A DNA stretch of 64,000 nucleotides, from contig JAJZAI010000002.1 in the NCBI GenBank assembly GCA_021799495.1, positions 84,968 to 148,967 of the forward strand, in the 5' to 3' direction. Positions 37,969 through 46,741 of this stretch are shown one piece after another. The notes below the pieces were generated by a model. That model did not search any database. It saw only the letters and a list, made by a program, of their open reading frames with translations, and was not told where the DNA came from. The stretch comes from Deltaproteobacteria bacterium (GTDB taxonomy: Bacteria; Desulfobacterota; Binatia; Binatales; Binataceae). The position numbers and the translations under genes are program-made. How positions within the stretch are numbered: position 1 is the first letter of the stretch; each line of letters opens with the position of its first letter.

Positions 37969-37998
37969 ATTATGCGTCCAAACGCATATATTGTCAAG
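37969..37998 (-). promoter_or_regulatory. sigma70-type promoter (TTGACA-N18-CATAAT on minus strand) with operator-like 7-4-7 palindrome
   Basis: Plus-strand tgtcaa 37993-37998 and attatg 37969-37974; palindrome tatgcgt-ccaa-acgcata 37971-37988 overlaps -10/spacer; 15 nt upstream of higB ATG (near-leaderless). Confidence 0.55.
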
Positions 37999-38053
37999 CG
38001 CATATACGAATGCAAGCGATCGTGCGTCTGTTTCCGCGAACTTGTTGATTCTC

Positions 38054-38082
38054 AAAAAAAAGCGGATCGCGCTATAGTCCGC
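38054..38082 (-). terminator. intrinsic-terminator-like hairpin plus U8 on minus strand
   Basis: Minus-strand reading agcgga-ctatagcgcga-tccgct followed by TTTTTTTT (plus-strand A8 at 38054-38061); sits at right edge of the low-GC island. Confidence 0.45.
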
Positions 38083-38128
38083 TCGTGCGCCTGAGCGATG
38101 CGCGCCGGGCAGTCTGTATGGAGCGATT

Positions 38129-39253
38129 TTGGCCATGAGCGAAAAGGTGTTGCACACCGCGATCTGCGATCTGTTCGGAATCAAATATCCGATCATGCTG
38201 GCCGGGATGGGCGGCGCGTCCACGCCGGCGCTGGCCGCCGCCGTCTCGAACGCGGGCGGACTTGGCGTGCTCGGCGCAGCCGCCTGCGCGCCCGACGAAC
38301 TGCGCCAGTGGATCCGGCGCACGCGCGAGCTGACCGACAAGCCCTTCGGCGTCGATACCCTGCTGCCCTCGACCGTGCCGGCGGGAGGCAGCGCGCAGAA
38401 GTTCAAGGCGGAGTTGCCGCAGGCGCATATCGATTTCGCGCGCGAGTTCAAGCGCCGCCATAATCTGCCGGATCCCGACCCGGCGAAGATGCACGGGCGC
38501 GGGCTCGCCTTTTCGCGCGAATTCTTCAACCAGCAGATTGAGGTCGTGCTCAACGAGCGCGTGCCGGTCTATGTCGCCGGATTGGGCGATCCCGGCTTTA
38601 TGATTCCGGAAGCGCACAAGCGCGGGATGAAGGTGATGGCGATCGCGGGCGCGGTGAAGCACGCGCGGCGCTTCGTCGATTCGGGCGTGGACGTGATCGT
38701 CGCGCAGGGAACCGACGGCGGCGGCCATAACAGCCGCGTCGGCACGATGGTGCTGGTGCCGCAGGTGGTCGATGCGGTGCGGCCGATTCCGGTGCTGGCG
38801 GCCGGAGGAATCGCCGACGGGCGCGGACTGGTCGCGGCGCTGGCGCTGGGCGCGGCGGGGGTATGGATCGGCACGCCGTTTCTGGCGACGCCGGAATCGG
38901 GAATCGAGGATTTCCAGAAAGAGGCGATCGTCGAGGCGAATTCGGAAGACACGGTCGTCGCGCGCTGCCTGACCGGCAAGCCGGCGCGCTTTATCAAGAA
39001 CAAGTGGGCGGAAGAGTTCGAGGCGTCGGGATTGAAGCCGCTGCCGATGCCGTTCCAGGGATTGATCGCGATGCCGGTGATGGAAGCGGCGCGGCAGGCC
39101 GGGCGCAAGGATATAGTGCCGGGCTTCGCGGGGCAGTCGATCGGGATGATCCGCAAGATCCGGCCGGCGGGAGAGATCCTTGAAGAGATGGTGGCGGAGG
39201 CGGTCGAGATTCTCTCCAAGAGCATGCCGGCGACGGTGCGTTTCGCGGGCTGA
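38129..39253 (+). CDS. nitronate monooxygenase (NMO / 2-nitropropane dioxygenase-like, FMN-dependent)
   Basis: GIKYPIMLAGMGGASTPALAAAVSNAGGLGVLG N-terminus and central GTDGGGH motif; TTG 38129 or ATG 38135. Confidence 0.9.
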   Translation: MAMSEKVLHTAICDLFGIKYPIMLAGMGGASTPALAAAVSNAGGLGVLGAAACAPDELRQWIRRTRELTDKPFGVDTLLPSTVPAGGSAQKFKAELPQAHIDFAREFKRRHNLPDPDPAKMHGRGLAFSREFFNQQIEVVLNERVPVYVAGLGDPGFMIPEAHKRGMKVMAIAGAVKHARRFVDSGVDVIVAQGTDGGGHNSRVGTMVLVPQVVDAVRPIPVLAAGGIADGRGLVAALALGAAGVWIGTPFLATPESGIEDFQKEAIVEANSEDTVVARCLTGKPARFIKNKWAEEFEASGLKPLPMPFQGLIAMPVMEAARQAGRKDIVPGFAGQSIGMIRKIRPAGEILEEMVAEAVEILSKSMPATVRFAG

Positions 39254-39274
39254 GCGGGTCATCTGCGAGGAGGC

Positions 39275-40489
39275 GTGAGGATGGCGAAGGCAGCGCTGGA
39301 CGATCTGAAAGTCGTCGAATACGCCGAGATGGTTTCGGGGCCGATGTGCGGCAAGATGTTCGCCGACCTTGGCGCCGAGGTGATCAAGATTGAGCCGCCG
39401 GGATGCGGCGACGAAGCGCGGCGCCATCCGCCGTACCCCGGCGACGAACCGCATCCGGAAAAAAGCGCCTTTTTCGGCTACCTGAACACGGGCAAGAAGA
39501 GCGTCACGCTGGATCCGGCGACGGCGAGCGGCGCGGAGATTTTCCGCAAGCTCGTCGCGGACGCCGACGTGCTGATCGAGAACTATCCGGTCGGCCATCT
39601 GGCGCGGCTCGGGCTTGGCTACGACGCGCTGAGCGCGATCAATCCGAAGCTGGTGATGGCCTCGATTTCGCCGTTCGGGCAGACCGGGCCGTATCGCGAC
39701 TGGCAGGGCACGGACCTGATCGCGTGGGCGATGAGCCTCACGGGCTACAACACGCCCACGCTGGTGGATGACGGCGAGCGGGAAAATCCGTTGCGCGCGC
39801 CGGGCCATCCGGCGGAAATGATGGGCGCGGCGAACGCGGCGGCGGCGGCGATGGTCGCGCTGGCAGCGCGCGACGCCACCGGACGCGGCCAGTGGATCGA
39901 CGCGCCGTGCTGGCAGGCGACGGCGAACACGGCGAAGCTGGAGATGGCGGCGTACTCATACGTGGGGATTCCATTCAGCCGCCTGCGCGCGAACGTCCAA
40001 GTGGGGCTGGAACCGCTGCCGTGCCGCGACGGCTATATCTACACGCTGTGGGCGGCCGAGGCGCATTGGCGGGCGCTCAAGCAGTTGCTGGGAAATCCGC
40101 CGGAGCTGGACAACGAGATTTTCGACGATCTCGCCGGCCGGCACGAAAACGACGATATCCTGCGCACGCTGATTCGCGGAGAATTGGCCAAGCACGACAT
40201 GGATTATCTGGTGACGGAGGGGCAGCGGCTGGGGCTGACGATCGGCCCGGTGCATACGGTGGAGCAGGCCGCCAACCATCCGCATCTCGCGGCGCGCGAG
40301 GCGTTCGTCGATATCGCTCATCCGATGGCGGGAACGATCCGGATGCCGCGGACGCTGGTGCGGATGACGGCGACGCCACCCGAATCGCGGCGGGCGCCGA
40401 TGCTGGGGGAGCATAACGGCGAGATTTTCGCGCGGCTCGGAATCGAGGCCGGGGCGCAGGCGGGATTGCGCGCGGCGGGCGTGATTTAG
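39275..40489 (+). CDS. CoA-transferase family III (CaiB/BaiF)
   Basis: LKVVEYAEMVSGPMCGKMFADLGAEVIKIEPP signature. Confidence 0.9.
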   Translation: MRMAKAALDDLKVVEYAEMVSGPMCGKMFADLGAEVIKIEPPGCGDEARRHPPYPGDEPHPEKSAFFGYLNTGKKSVTLDPATASGAEIFRKLVADADVLIENYPVGHLARLGLGYDALSAINPKLVMASISPFGQTGPYRDWQGTDLIAWAMSLTGYNTPTLVDDGERENPLRAPGHPAEMMGAANAAAAAMVALAARDATGRGQWIDAPCWQATANTAKLEMAAYSYVGIPFSRLRANVQVGLEPLPCRDGYIYTLWAAEAHWRALKQLLGNPPELDNEIFDDLAGRHENDDILRTLIRGELAKHDMDYLVTEGQRLGLTIGPVHTVEQAANHPHLAAREAFVDIAHPMAGTIRMPRTLVRMTATPPESRRAPMLGEHNGEIFARLGIEAGAQAGLRAAGVI

Positions 40490-40518
40490 GCCGCGCGGTA
40501 ACGGAGGGGACGTTCACG

Positions 40519-41739
40519 ATGGGACGGCTGCCGCTGGAAGGACTGAGGGTCGCGGACTTCAGCTGGATTATAAACGGGCCGCAAATCGCGCAGTGGTTCG
40601 CGACGATGGGCGCCGAGGTAATCAAGATCGAGTCGCAGACCTATATCGATATCGGGCGGACCAATCCGGCCGGGATGGCGGATCGGAAGCCGGGGATGAA
40701 CCGGAGCGGTTTTTATCACGCGCTGAATTACGGCAAGAAGGCGATCAATCTCAACCTGAAGCATCCGAAGGGGCGCGAGCTGGCGCACGAGATAATCCGG
40801 CGCAGCGATTTCGTGCTGGAATGTTTTCCGCGCGCGACAGCGGAAGGGCTCGGCCTCACGTACGACGCGATGCGCAAGGTGAAGCCGGACATAATCATGA
40901 TTTCGGTTTCGCTGCTGGGAAAATCCGGGCTCGATCCGTCGCGATGGGTGGGATGGGGGCCGATGGCGTGCGCTTTCGTCGGGCTGTTCGACGCGCAGGG
41001 CTATGCGGGCGGGCCGCCGCGCCAGACCGGAGGCACGTGGCCGGACTACGCGGTCGCATCGACGGTGGTGTTCCACGCGCTCGCGGCGCTCAGGCATCGC
41101 AACCGCACCGGCGAGGGGCAGTGGATCGATGCGAGCATGGGCGAGACGGTGATCGGGCAGATGCACGAATGGTTCACCGACTATTTCATGAACGGGCGCG
41201 ATCGGCGGCAGTGGGAGAATCGCGACGACGTGATGGCGCCGCACAACACCTATCCATGTCTCGGCGAGGACAAGTGGATCGCGATCGCGGTCGGCGACGA
41301 CGAGCAGTGGGCGGCGCTCCGCGGCGCGATGGGCGATCCGGAGTGGGCGCGCGATGCGAAGTTCGCCGATCAATACGGCCGCTGGAAGAACCGCGATGCG
41401 ATCGACGCGCGGCTGCGCGAGTTCACGCGCACGCGCGACCATCTGCAACTCGCGGCGGAGCTGCAAAAGGCGGGCGTTCCGGCCGGTCCGGTGCTCGACA
41501 GCGTCGAGCTGCATCAGGACCCGCATCTGTGGGAATGGGGCTACTGGTGGAAGATGGACCATCACGAAGTCGGCGAACGGATTCTGCCGGGGATGCCGGT
41601 GAAGCTGAGCGCCGACGAGAAACTCAACTATTCGTATCCGCCGGACCTGGGACAGCATAACCGCGAAATCTTCGGCGGGCTGCTGGGACTGTCGGACGCG
41701 GAGATCAAAATCCTGATGGAGGAAAAGGTCATCTACTGA
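40519..41739 (+). CDS. CoA-transferase family III (CaiB/BaiF)
   Basis: LRVADFSWIINGPQIAQWFATMGAEVIKIE signature; second paralog in tandem. Confidence 0.9.
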   Translation: MGRLPLEGLRVADFSWIINGPQIAQWFATMGAEVIKIESQTYIDIGRTNPAGMADRKPGMNRSGFYHALNYGKKAINLNLKHPKGRELAHEIIRRSDFVLECFPRATAEGLGLTYDAMRKVKPDIIMISVSLLGKSGLDPSRWVGWGPMACAFVGLFDAQGYAGGPPRQTGGTWPDYAVASTVVFHALAALRHRNRTGEGQWIDASMGETVIGQMHEWFTDYFMNGRDRRQWENRDDVMAPHNTYPCLGEDKWIAIAVGDDEQWAALRGAMGDPEWARDAKFADQYGRWKNRDAIDARLREFTRTRDHLQLAAELQKAGVPAGPVLDSVELHQDPHLWEWGYWWKMDHHEVGERILPGMPVKLSADEKLNYSYPPDLGQHNREIFGGLLGLSDAEIKILMEEKVIY

Positions 41740-42923
41740 TGGACACGCTCAAGGACAAGGCTTGCATCGTGGGCGTGGGCGAAAGCGCCTTCACGCGCGG
41801 ATCGGGCAAGACCGAACTGAGGCTGATGCTGGAGGCGTCGCTCGCGGCGATCGGCGACGCGGGATTGAAGCCGCACGATATCGACGGCATCGTCGGGCCG
41901 CCGATCGGATCGGTGGCGGAGCATTTCGCGGCGAATCTCGGAATCGAGGATTTGCGCTTCGCGACGACGGTACACATGGGCGGCGCGAGTCCGGTGGTGT
42001 CGCTGCAGGCGGCGGCGATGGCGGTGGCGAGCGGAATCGCGACGAACGTCCTGATTCCGCTGGGCTGGAACGGCTATTCGTCGAACCCCGTGCGGGGCGG
42101 CGGCGCACGCGCCGAGACCGGCGAAAAGCCGATGCCTGAACCGAATCCGATGATGAACACGATCGGCGCGTTCTATCTGCCGTACGGCGCGACCGTGCCG
42201 GTCCAGTGGTACGCGTGGCTGGCGACCCGCCACAAGCATCTGTACGGCACGCCGTTCGAGACGATGGGGGCGATCGCGGTGAACGGCCGCGCCAACGCGC
42301 ATCTGAACGAAAAGGCGATGATGCGCGGCCGGCCGCTGACGATGGACGACTATCTCGCGGCGCGATGGGTGTCGTATCCGTTCCGGCTGTACGATTGCTG
42401 TCTCGAAACCGATGCGGCCTGCGCGGTGGTGGTGACGTCGGCGGAGCAGGCGCGCGATTTGAAGCATCCGCCGGTCTATATTTCCGGCGTCGCCGAGGGC
42501 CATCCGTATCCCGCCGACGACATTCCGGCGCGTCCCGATCCGTTCGTGATCGGGCTGAGCTTCGCCGCGCCCAAGGCGTTCGCGATGGCGGGCGTGACGC
42601 ACAAGGACGTCGATTTCCTTGAGGTGTACGACTGCTTCACTTACGTCGTGATGCTGCAGATCGAGGCGATGGGTTTCTGCAAACGCGGCGAAATCAAGGA
42701 TTTCATCACGCCCGAGCTCATCCGGCTCGGCGGCGAGCTGCCGCTCAACACGCACGGTGGCCTGCTGTCCGAGGCGCACGTGTGGGGCATGAACCATATC
42801 GTCGAAGCGGCGCGCCAGTTGCGCCGGCAGTGCGGTCCGCGCCAGGTCAAGGACGCGGAAATCGGGCTGGTGACGGGATGGGGCGATTTCGGCGACGGCG
42901 GGCTGGCGATTCTGAGGAGATAG
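41739..42923 (+). CDS. thiolase-like protein (SCP-x / lipid-transfer-protein type)
   Basis: ACIVGVGESAFTRGSG N-terminal thiolase motif, C-terminal NTHGGLLSEAHVWGMN; start overlaps preceding stop. Confidence 0.88.
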   Translation: MDTLKDKACIVGVGESAFTRGSGKTELRLMLEASLAAIGDAGLKPHDIDGIVGPPIGSVAEHFAANLGIEDLRFATTVHMGGASPVVSLQAAAMAVASGIATNVLIPLGWNGYSSNPVRGGGARAETGEKPMPEPNPMMNTIGAFYLPYGATVPVQWYAWLATRHKHLYGTPFETMGAIAVNGRANAHLNEKAMMRGRPLTMDDYLAARWVSYPFRLYDCCLETDAACAVVVTSAEQARDLKHPPVYISGVAEGHPYPADDIPARPDPFVIGLSFAAPKAFAMAGVTHKDVDFLEVYDCFTYVVMLQIEAMGFCKRGEIKDFITPELIRLGGELPLNTHGGLLSEAHVWGMNHIVEAARQLRRQCGPRQVKDAEIGLVTGWGDFGDGGLAILRR

Positions 42924-42929
42924 GGCGCG

Positions 42930-43346
42930 ATGGCCGACAAAATGTACAAATTGCCGACGCCGCGAGTCGGCGGATATTCGGCGGAATTCTACAAGTTCTG
43001 CAAGGATCACGAACTGCGCTTTCAGCGTTGCACTGGATGCGGCGCGTGGCGCCATATTCCGCGCGACATGTGCGCGAAGTGCGGATCGTTCGAGTTCGAA
43101 TGGGCGCGCTCGAAGGGCCGCGGCAAGGTGTTTTCGTGGACAACGGCGCACCAGCCGATGATGGCCCAGTTCGCCGCGCACATTCCGTACAGCCCGGTGA
43201 TCGTCGAGCTGGACGAAGGCGTCAGGATGGTGACGTGGCTGACCGGCGTGAAGCCGGAAGAACTGGAGCTAGCGATGCCGGTCGAGGTGGTTTTCGACGA
43301 CGTGACGCCCGACGTGTCGTTGCCTAAATTCCGGCGCGCGGCGTGA
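42930..43346 (+). CDS. Zn-ribbon OB-fold protein (DUF35 family)
   Basis: CTGCGAWRHIPRDMCAKCGS rubredoxin-like zinc ribbon followed by OB fold; obligate partner arrangement with SCP-x thiolases. Confidence 0.88.
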   Translation: MADKMYKLPTPRVGGYSAEFYKFCKDHELRFQRCTGCGAWRHIPRDMCAKCGSFEFEWARSKGRGKVFSWTTAHQPMMAQFAAHIPYSPVIVELDEGVRMVTWLTGVKPEELELAMPVEVVFDDVTPDVSLPKFRRAA

Positions 43347-43361
43347 GCCGCGCCACGCGGA

Positions 43362-44231
43362 TCAATGCGGAATCCAGAGCGGCGCCGCGCCAAAGAGGCG
43401 ATCGACGATGCCGATCCGGTAAGCGAGCACGAGTCCGAAGCCGAAGCTGAGCAGGCCGGAGCCGGCGATTAGCGCCTCGTGCAGATGCGCGAAGCGGCGC
43501 GCGGCGAACACGAACGGCGTGGCGATCGCGATCGTCAGCAACGCCATTCCGAGGATTACGCCGGCGCAGAATATCGCCAGGTAAGCCGCGGCCCACACTG
43601 GCTGCGGAATTGCGCTCAGCACCAGCAGGGCGATCGCCGCGCTGCCCGCCAGGCCGTGGACAAGTCCTACCGCGAATGATCGCATGAGCGGCCTGGCGGC
43701 GGCGAAACTTGCAAAGAATCCGTATCGCGCGGGTTCGTCGGCGAGCGCCAGGTGTTCGTGCCCGGCATCGACAGCGCCGGCATGGGCGACGCCGTGAACA
43801 TGCGGATGGCGGTGCGCGAAACTGTCGCGTGAACCCTCGCGAAAATGGACATGCCGATGCGAATGAACATGTGAGTGCGAGGGGATTTCTTCAGCGCCAT
43901 AAAAAATTTTTCGCACCAGCGAGCGCGCTAAATTAATCGCCGCGCTCGCGCCCAATGCGATTAGCGCCAGCGCGACGGCGAACTCCATGGCAAGTCCAAG
44001 CCGCGCGGGAATGGCGATTTTCAGAATGATGATCGCCGCTCCCACCGCCATCAGGGTCAGCGTGTGGCCGAGGCCCCAGACCGCGCCGATTCGCGCCGCC
44101 GCGCCGACCCTGCGCTCGCGGCTCAAGATCGCGGTCACCGCGACGACGTGGTCGGCGTCGGTCGCGTGGCGCATTCCCAGGATCAATCCCAGCGCCGCAA
44201 TTCCGGCGGGTTCTGTGGAGACGAGGCTCAT
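43362..44231 (-). CDS. nickel/cobalt transporter, NicO/RcnA-type (HX4DH family) with His-rich loop
   Basis: GMRHATDADH signature in TM2; cytoplasmic loop HSHVHSHRHVHFREGSRDSFAHRHPHVHGVAHAGAVDAGHEH; ORF extends to 44273. Confidence 0.8.
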   Translation of the reverse strand: MSLVSTEPAGIAALGLILGMRHATDADHVVAVTAILSRERRVGAAARIGAVWGLGHTLTLMAVGAAIIILKIAIPARLGLAMEFAVALALIALGASAAINLARSLVRKIFYGAEEIPSHSHVHSHRHVHFREGSRDSFAHRHPHVHGVAHAGAVDAGHEHLALADEPARYGFFASFAAARPLMRSFAVGLVHGLAGSAAIALLVLSAIPQPVWAAAYLAIFCAGVILGMALLTIAIATPFVFAARRFAHLHEALIAGSGLLSFGFGLVLAYRIGIVDRLFGAAPLWIPH

Positions 44232-44361
44232 CGACGCAAAAATCCGATTGCGCCAATGAGTATGCGATTTCACACGGAGAGTAAATCTCCTGACAACCGC
44301 GGGCGCGGCGCGCGAATCCAGCTTGAAGATCCGCGCGCCACGCCGTCTCCGGTTTCTCGGC

Positions 44362-45252
44362 TTAATTTTTCGCCTTCCTGACCGGCTGGGAGCCGAAGAA
44401 CAGGAAGAAGTTCGTCGGCACGTCGCCGATTACGTCGCCCGATTTCTGCGCCGCCCGCAGCGCCTTGACCGAGGTGATGCCGCTGCCGCCGTCGGCGCTC
44501 GGCCAGTCGGCCTCGTTCGTCACCAGTTCGGTCACGACCTGCCACCACACCGGCCGGCGCTGGGATGCGTCCGTATTGATCACGTGGCTGTGATTCGGCG
44601 TGGGCGTGAAGACGTTGGTGTTCGCGGGCACTTCGCCCTTGGTGAGGATATTCAGGGCGGGGCCGAGATCGAGCCGCGACGCATGCATCGTGCAGCTTCC
44701 CGGCGGATCGCCCGGCGCCGGACATTGGACCGGCACGGCGGGAGTCTGCTTGTACGCTTCGGGAATTGTCCCGAACAAGCTGATCAGCGCGTTGCCCAAA
44801 TCGGCGCCGCACAGCGTGACCGGCAGATTCGGATTTTGGCCCGGATTCCCATTTGGATCGTTGTAAGGATTGTTCGTGTTGTCGCACGCGATCGCGTCGT
44901 TCGGGTTGGTGTCTTTGACGCCGCCGTGGTCGAACATCGGAACCAGAACGTAGAGCTTGTCGGTGCTTTGTATCTTCGCGCCGGTGGGATCGCGCGGCGG
45001 TTCGTCGGTGACCTGGCAGATCGGAATCTGCAGCTCGGCCGGATCCGACTGAGCGGGGACTTTGTTGAAATTGAGGTCGTCGGTCGGCTGCTCCACGCAA
45101 TCGTAGTTTTCGGCGTAGGTGAAGATGAAAGGCCTGCCGAAGGCGAAAGCCGCCGTCTGGTTCGGCGCGAGAGTCTGGGCTCCCGCGCCACCCGCCGCCG
45201 CGATCAGGCCGATCGCCGCGCCCGCGATTGCCGCTCCAAGTTTTTGTCGCAT
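44362..45252 (-). CDS. secreted hypothetical protein (Cys-containing, Pro/Asn/Asp-rich)
   Basis: RBS GGAGGA then ATG 45252; signal peptide MRQKLGAAIAGAAIGLIAAAGGAGAQT; no recognised domain. Confidence 0.6.
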   Translation of the reverse strand: MRQKLGAAIAGAAIGLIAAAGGAGAQTLAPNQTAAFAFGRPFIFTYAENYDCVEQPTDDLNFNKVPAQSDPAELQIPICQVTDEPPRDPTGAKIQSTDKLYVLVPMFDHGGVKDTNPNDAIACDNTNNPYNDPNGNPGQNPNLPVTLCGADLGNALISLFGTIPEAYKQTPAVPVQCPAPGDPPGSCTMHASRLDLGPALNILTKGEVPANTNVFTPTPNHSHVINTDASQRRPVWWQVVTELVTNEADWPSADGGSGITSVKALRAAQKSGDVIGDVPTNFFLFFGSQPVRKAKN

Positions 45253-45331
45253 ATGCTCCTCCGATTCTCCGGCTCGGAATTTGCCGGTCATCGGATATAC
45301 GGAGCGGCGCGGCGTTCGGATCGTGCGGACG

Positions 45332-46177
45332 TTATGGTTCGGGCGGCGGATTAGCGCGCCGGAATTCCTCGGCGGCTTCGCGCATCGTGACGAAGCGCAC
45401 GCCGGCCCGCATCCGCATCTGCTCGACCAGCCGCTCGAGCATCAGCAAGCGATGGCCCCGGCCGATCGATTGGGGATGCATCGTCAAAATGTAGACGCCC
45501 GCGCCCAGCCGGTCGTACAAATACTCGAAATCGCCCCACCAGATTTCGAACATCCGCGACGGCGCGGCGAGGCCGGGGTTCACGCCGTTGCGCGTCCATA
45601 CGTGTTCGAAGGCGGGAAAATCGTCGAGCCCCCAGGTGAACGGCAATTCGACCAACGATGTCGGCGTGCCCCATACGAAGGGTCCGTCGGCCGGCGCCTG
45701 ATCGCCGATCCGGCAATAGTAGGGCGTGAAATCGTCGCCCATCATGCTGCTGTCGTAAAGAAAGCCGCGTTCGCGCAGACATTCGAGCGTCGATGGCATC
45801 AGGCCCGCCGCCGGCGATCGGTAGCCGACAGGAACCTGGCCGGTGACGCGTTTGAGCGCGGCGGTCGCGCGATCGAAATCACGCTCTTCTTCCTCGAGCG
45901 ACGGCGGGCGATCGTGAAAATATCCGTGATGTCCGATTTCGTGGCCGGCGGCCGCGATTTTTTCGACCGTGGTGGGAAAGGCGTCCGCAGTGTGGCCGGG
46001 GATGAACCAGGTCGATTTGATTCCCCATTCGCCGAGCATCCGCAGCAGGCGTTCGCTGCCGACGCGGCCGAATTCGCCGCGCGAAATCGCGCTGGGCGAT
46101 TTCGCATGGAAAGTTCCGATCCAGACCGAGATCGCGTCGAAATCGAAACTCAGACATACGGTGACGTTCTTGTTCAT
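45332..46177 (-). CDS. polysaccharide deacetylase family protein (NodB homology)
   Basis: VCLSFDFDAIS, HEIGHHGYFHD metal-binding motifs of the NodB domain. Confidence 0.85.
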   Translation of the reverse strand: MNKNVTVCLSFDFDAISVWIGTFHAKSPSAISRGEFGRVGSERLLRMLGEWGIKSTWFIPGHTADAFPTTVEKIAAAGHEIGHHGYFHDRPPSLEEEERDFDRATAALKRVTGQVPVGYRSPAAGLMPSTLECLRERGFLYDSSMMGDDFTPYYCRIGDQAPADGPFVWGTPTSLVELPFTWGLDDFPAFEHVWTRNGVNPGLAAPSRMFEIWWGDFEYLYDRLGAGVYILTMHPQSIGRGHRLLMLERLVEQMRMRAGVRFVTMREAAEEFRRANPPPEP

Positions 46178-46741
46178 TTCGAGCAGGCTCCTTTTGGACC
46201 TTGACTGGCCGCCGGTTCCGGTTCGATCTGTACTGCGCCGGGAAGACCGGCGTAAAGCGAATTCGGGCCGCGCCTATGGTCGCGCGCGGCGCCGGCGCGT
46301 GCCTGCGCAAGCGCTGGCGGAGGCGTGCGAGGTTCGCTCATTTTCAAATGCCGTCCGGACTGGCGGGTATCGTTTTCTCTCCGCCCGCGCCGGAGCGTTT
46401 TCGCCGTCTGGCGCGGCGTCGCGCGTCATCGCGCGCCGCGGGGAAGCTTCGCTTGACAGCCCCGTCGGCCATGTTGTAAGCCCTTGCAGAACTTTGGACC
46501 CGGGGGTTCCCGGAGAGCGGCATCTTTATCTCTTGACGAGCGCTTTCGGGGATTGGGGATAATGCGAGCGAACTGACCTGCGGAGCGATGCGTCCGCGTT
46601 TTTTCCTCGCGCCGGGAGGCGCGGGCGGGCAGATGCGAAAGTTGCGCGCCGGAAGTCGTTGCCACGGCGCGTTTTGAGCATGTGCCGCGAATGTACAACG
46701 CCGCCGACGGAGTTCGACGCGAATAATGAGGTAGTCGAGGT

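Noticed and set aside
38072-39808. 578-aa minus-strand ORF, plus 41733..43181 (-), 56084..57970 (-), 57954..59414 (-), 59661..60854 (-) and 49291..50283 (-)
   Set aside because: All are antisense to confidently identified genes (NMO/CaiB, thiolase, tkt, tal/pgi, MMPL). They are Arg/Ala/His/Asp-rich products without motifs.
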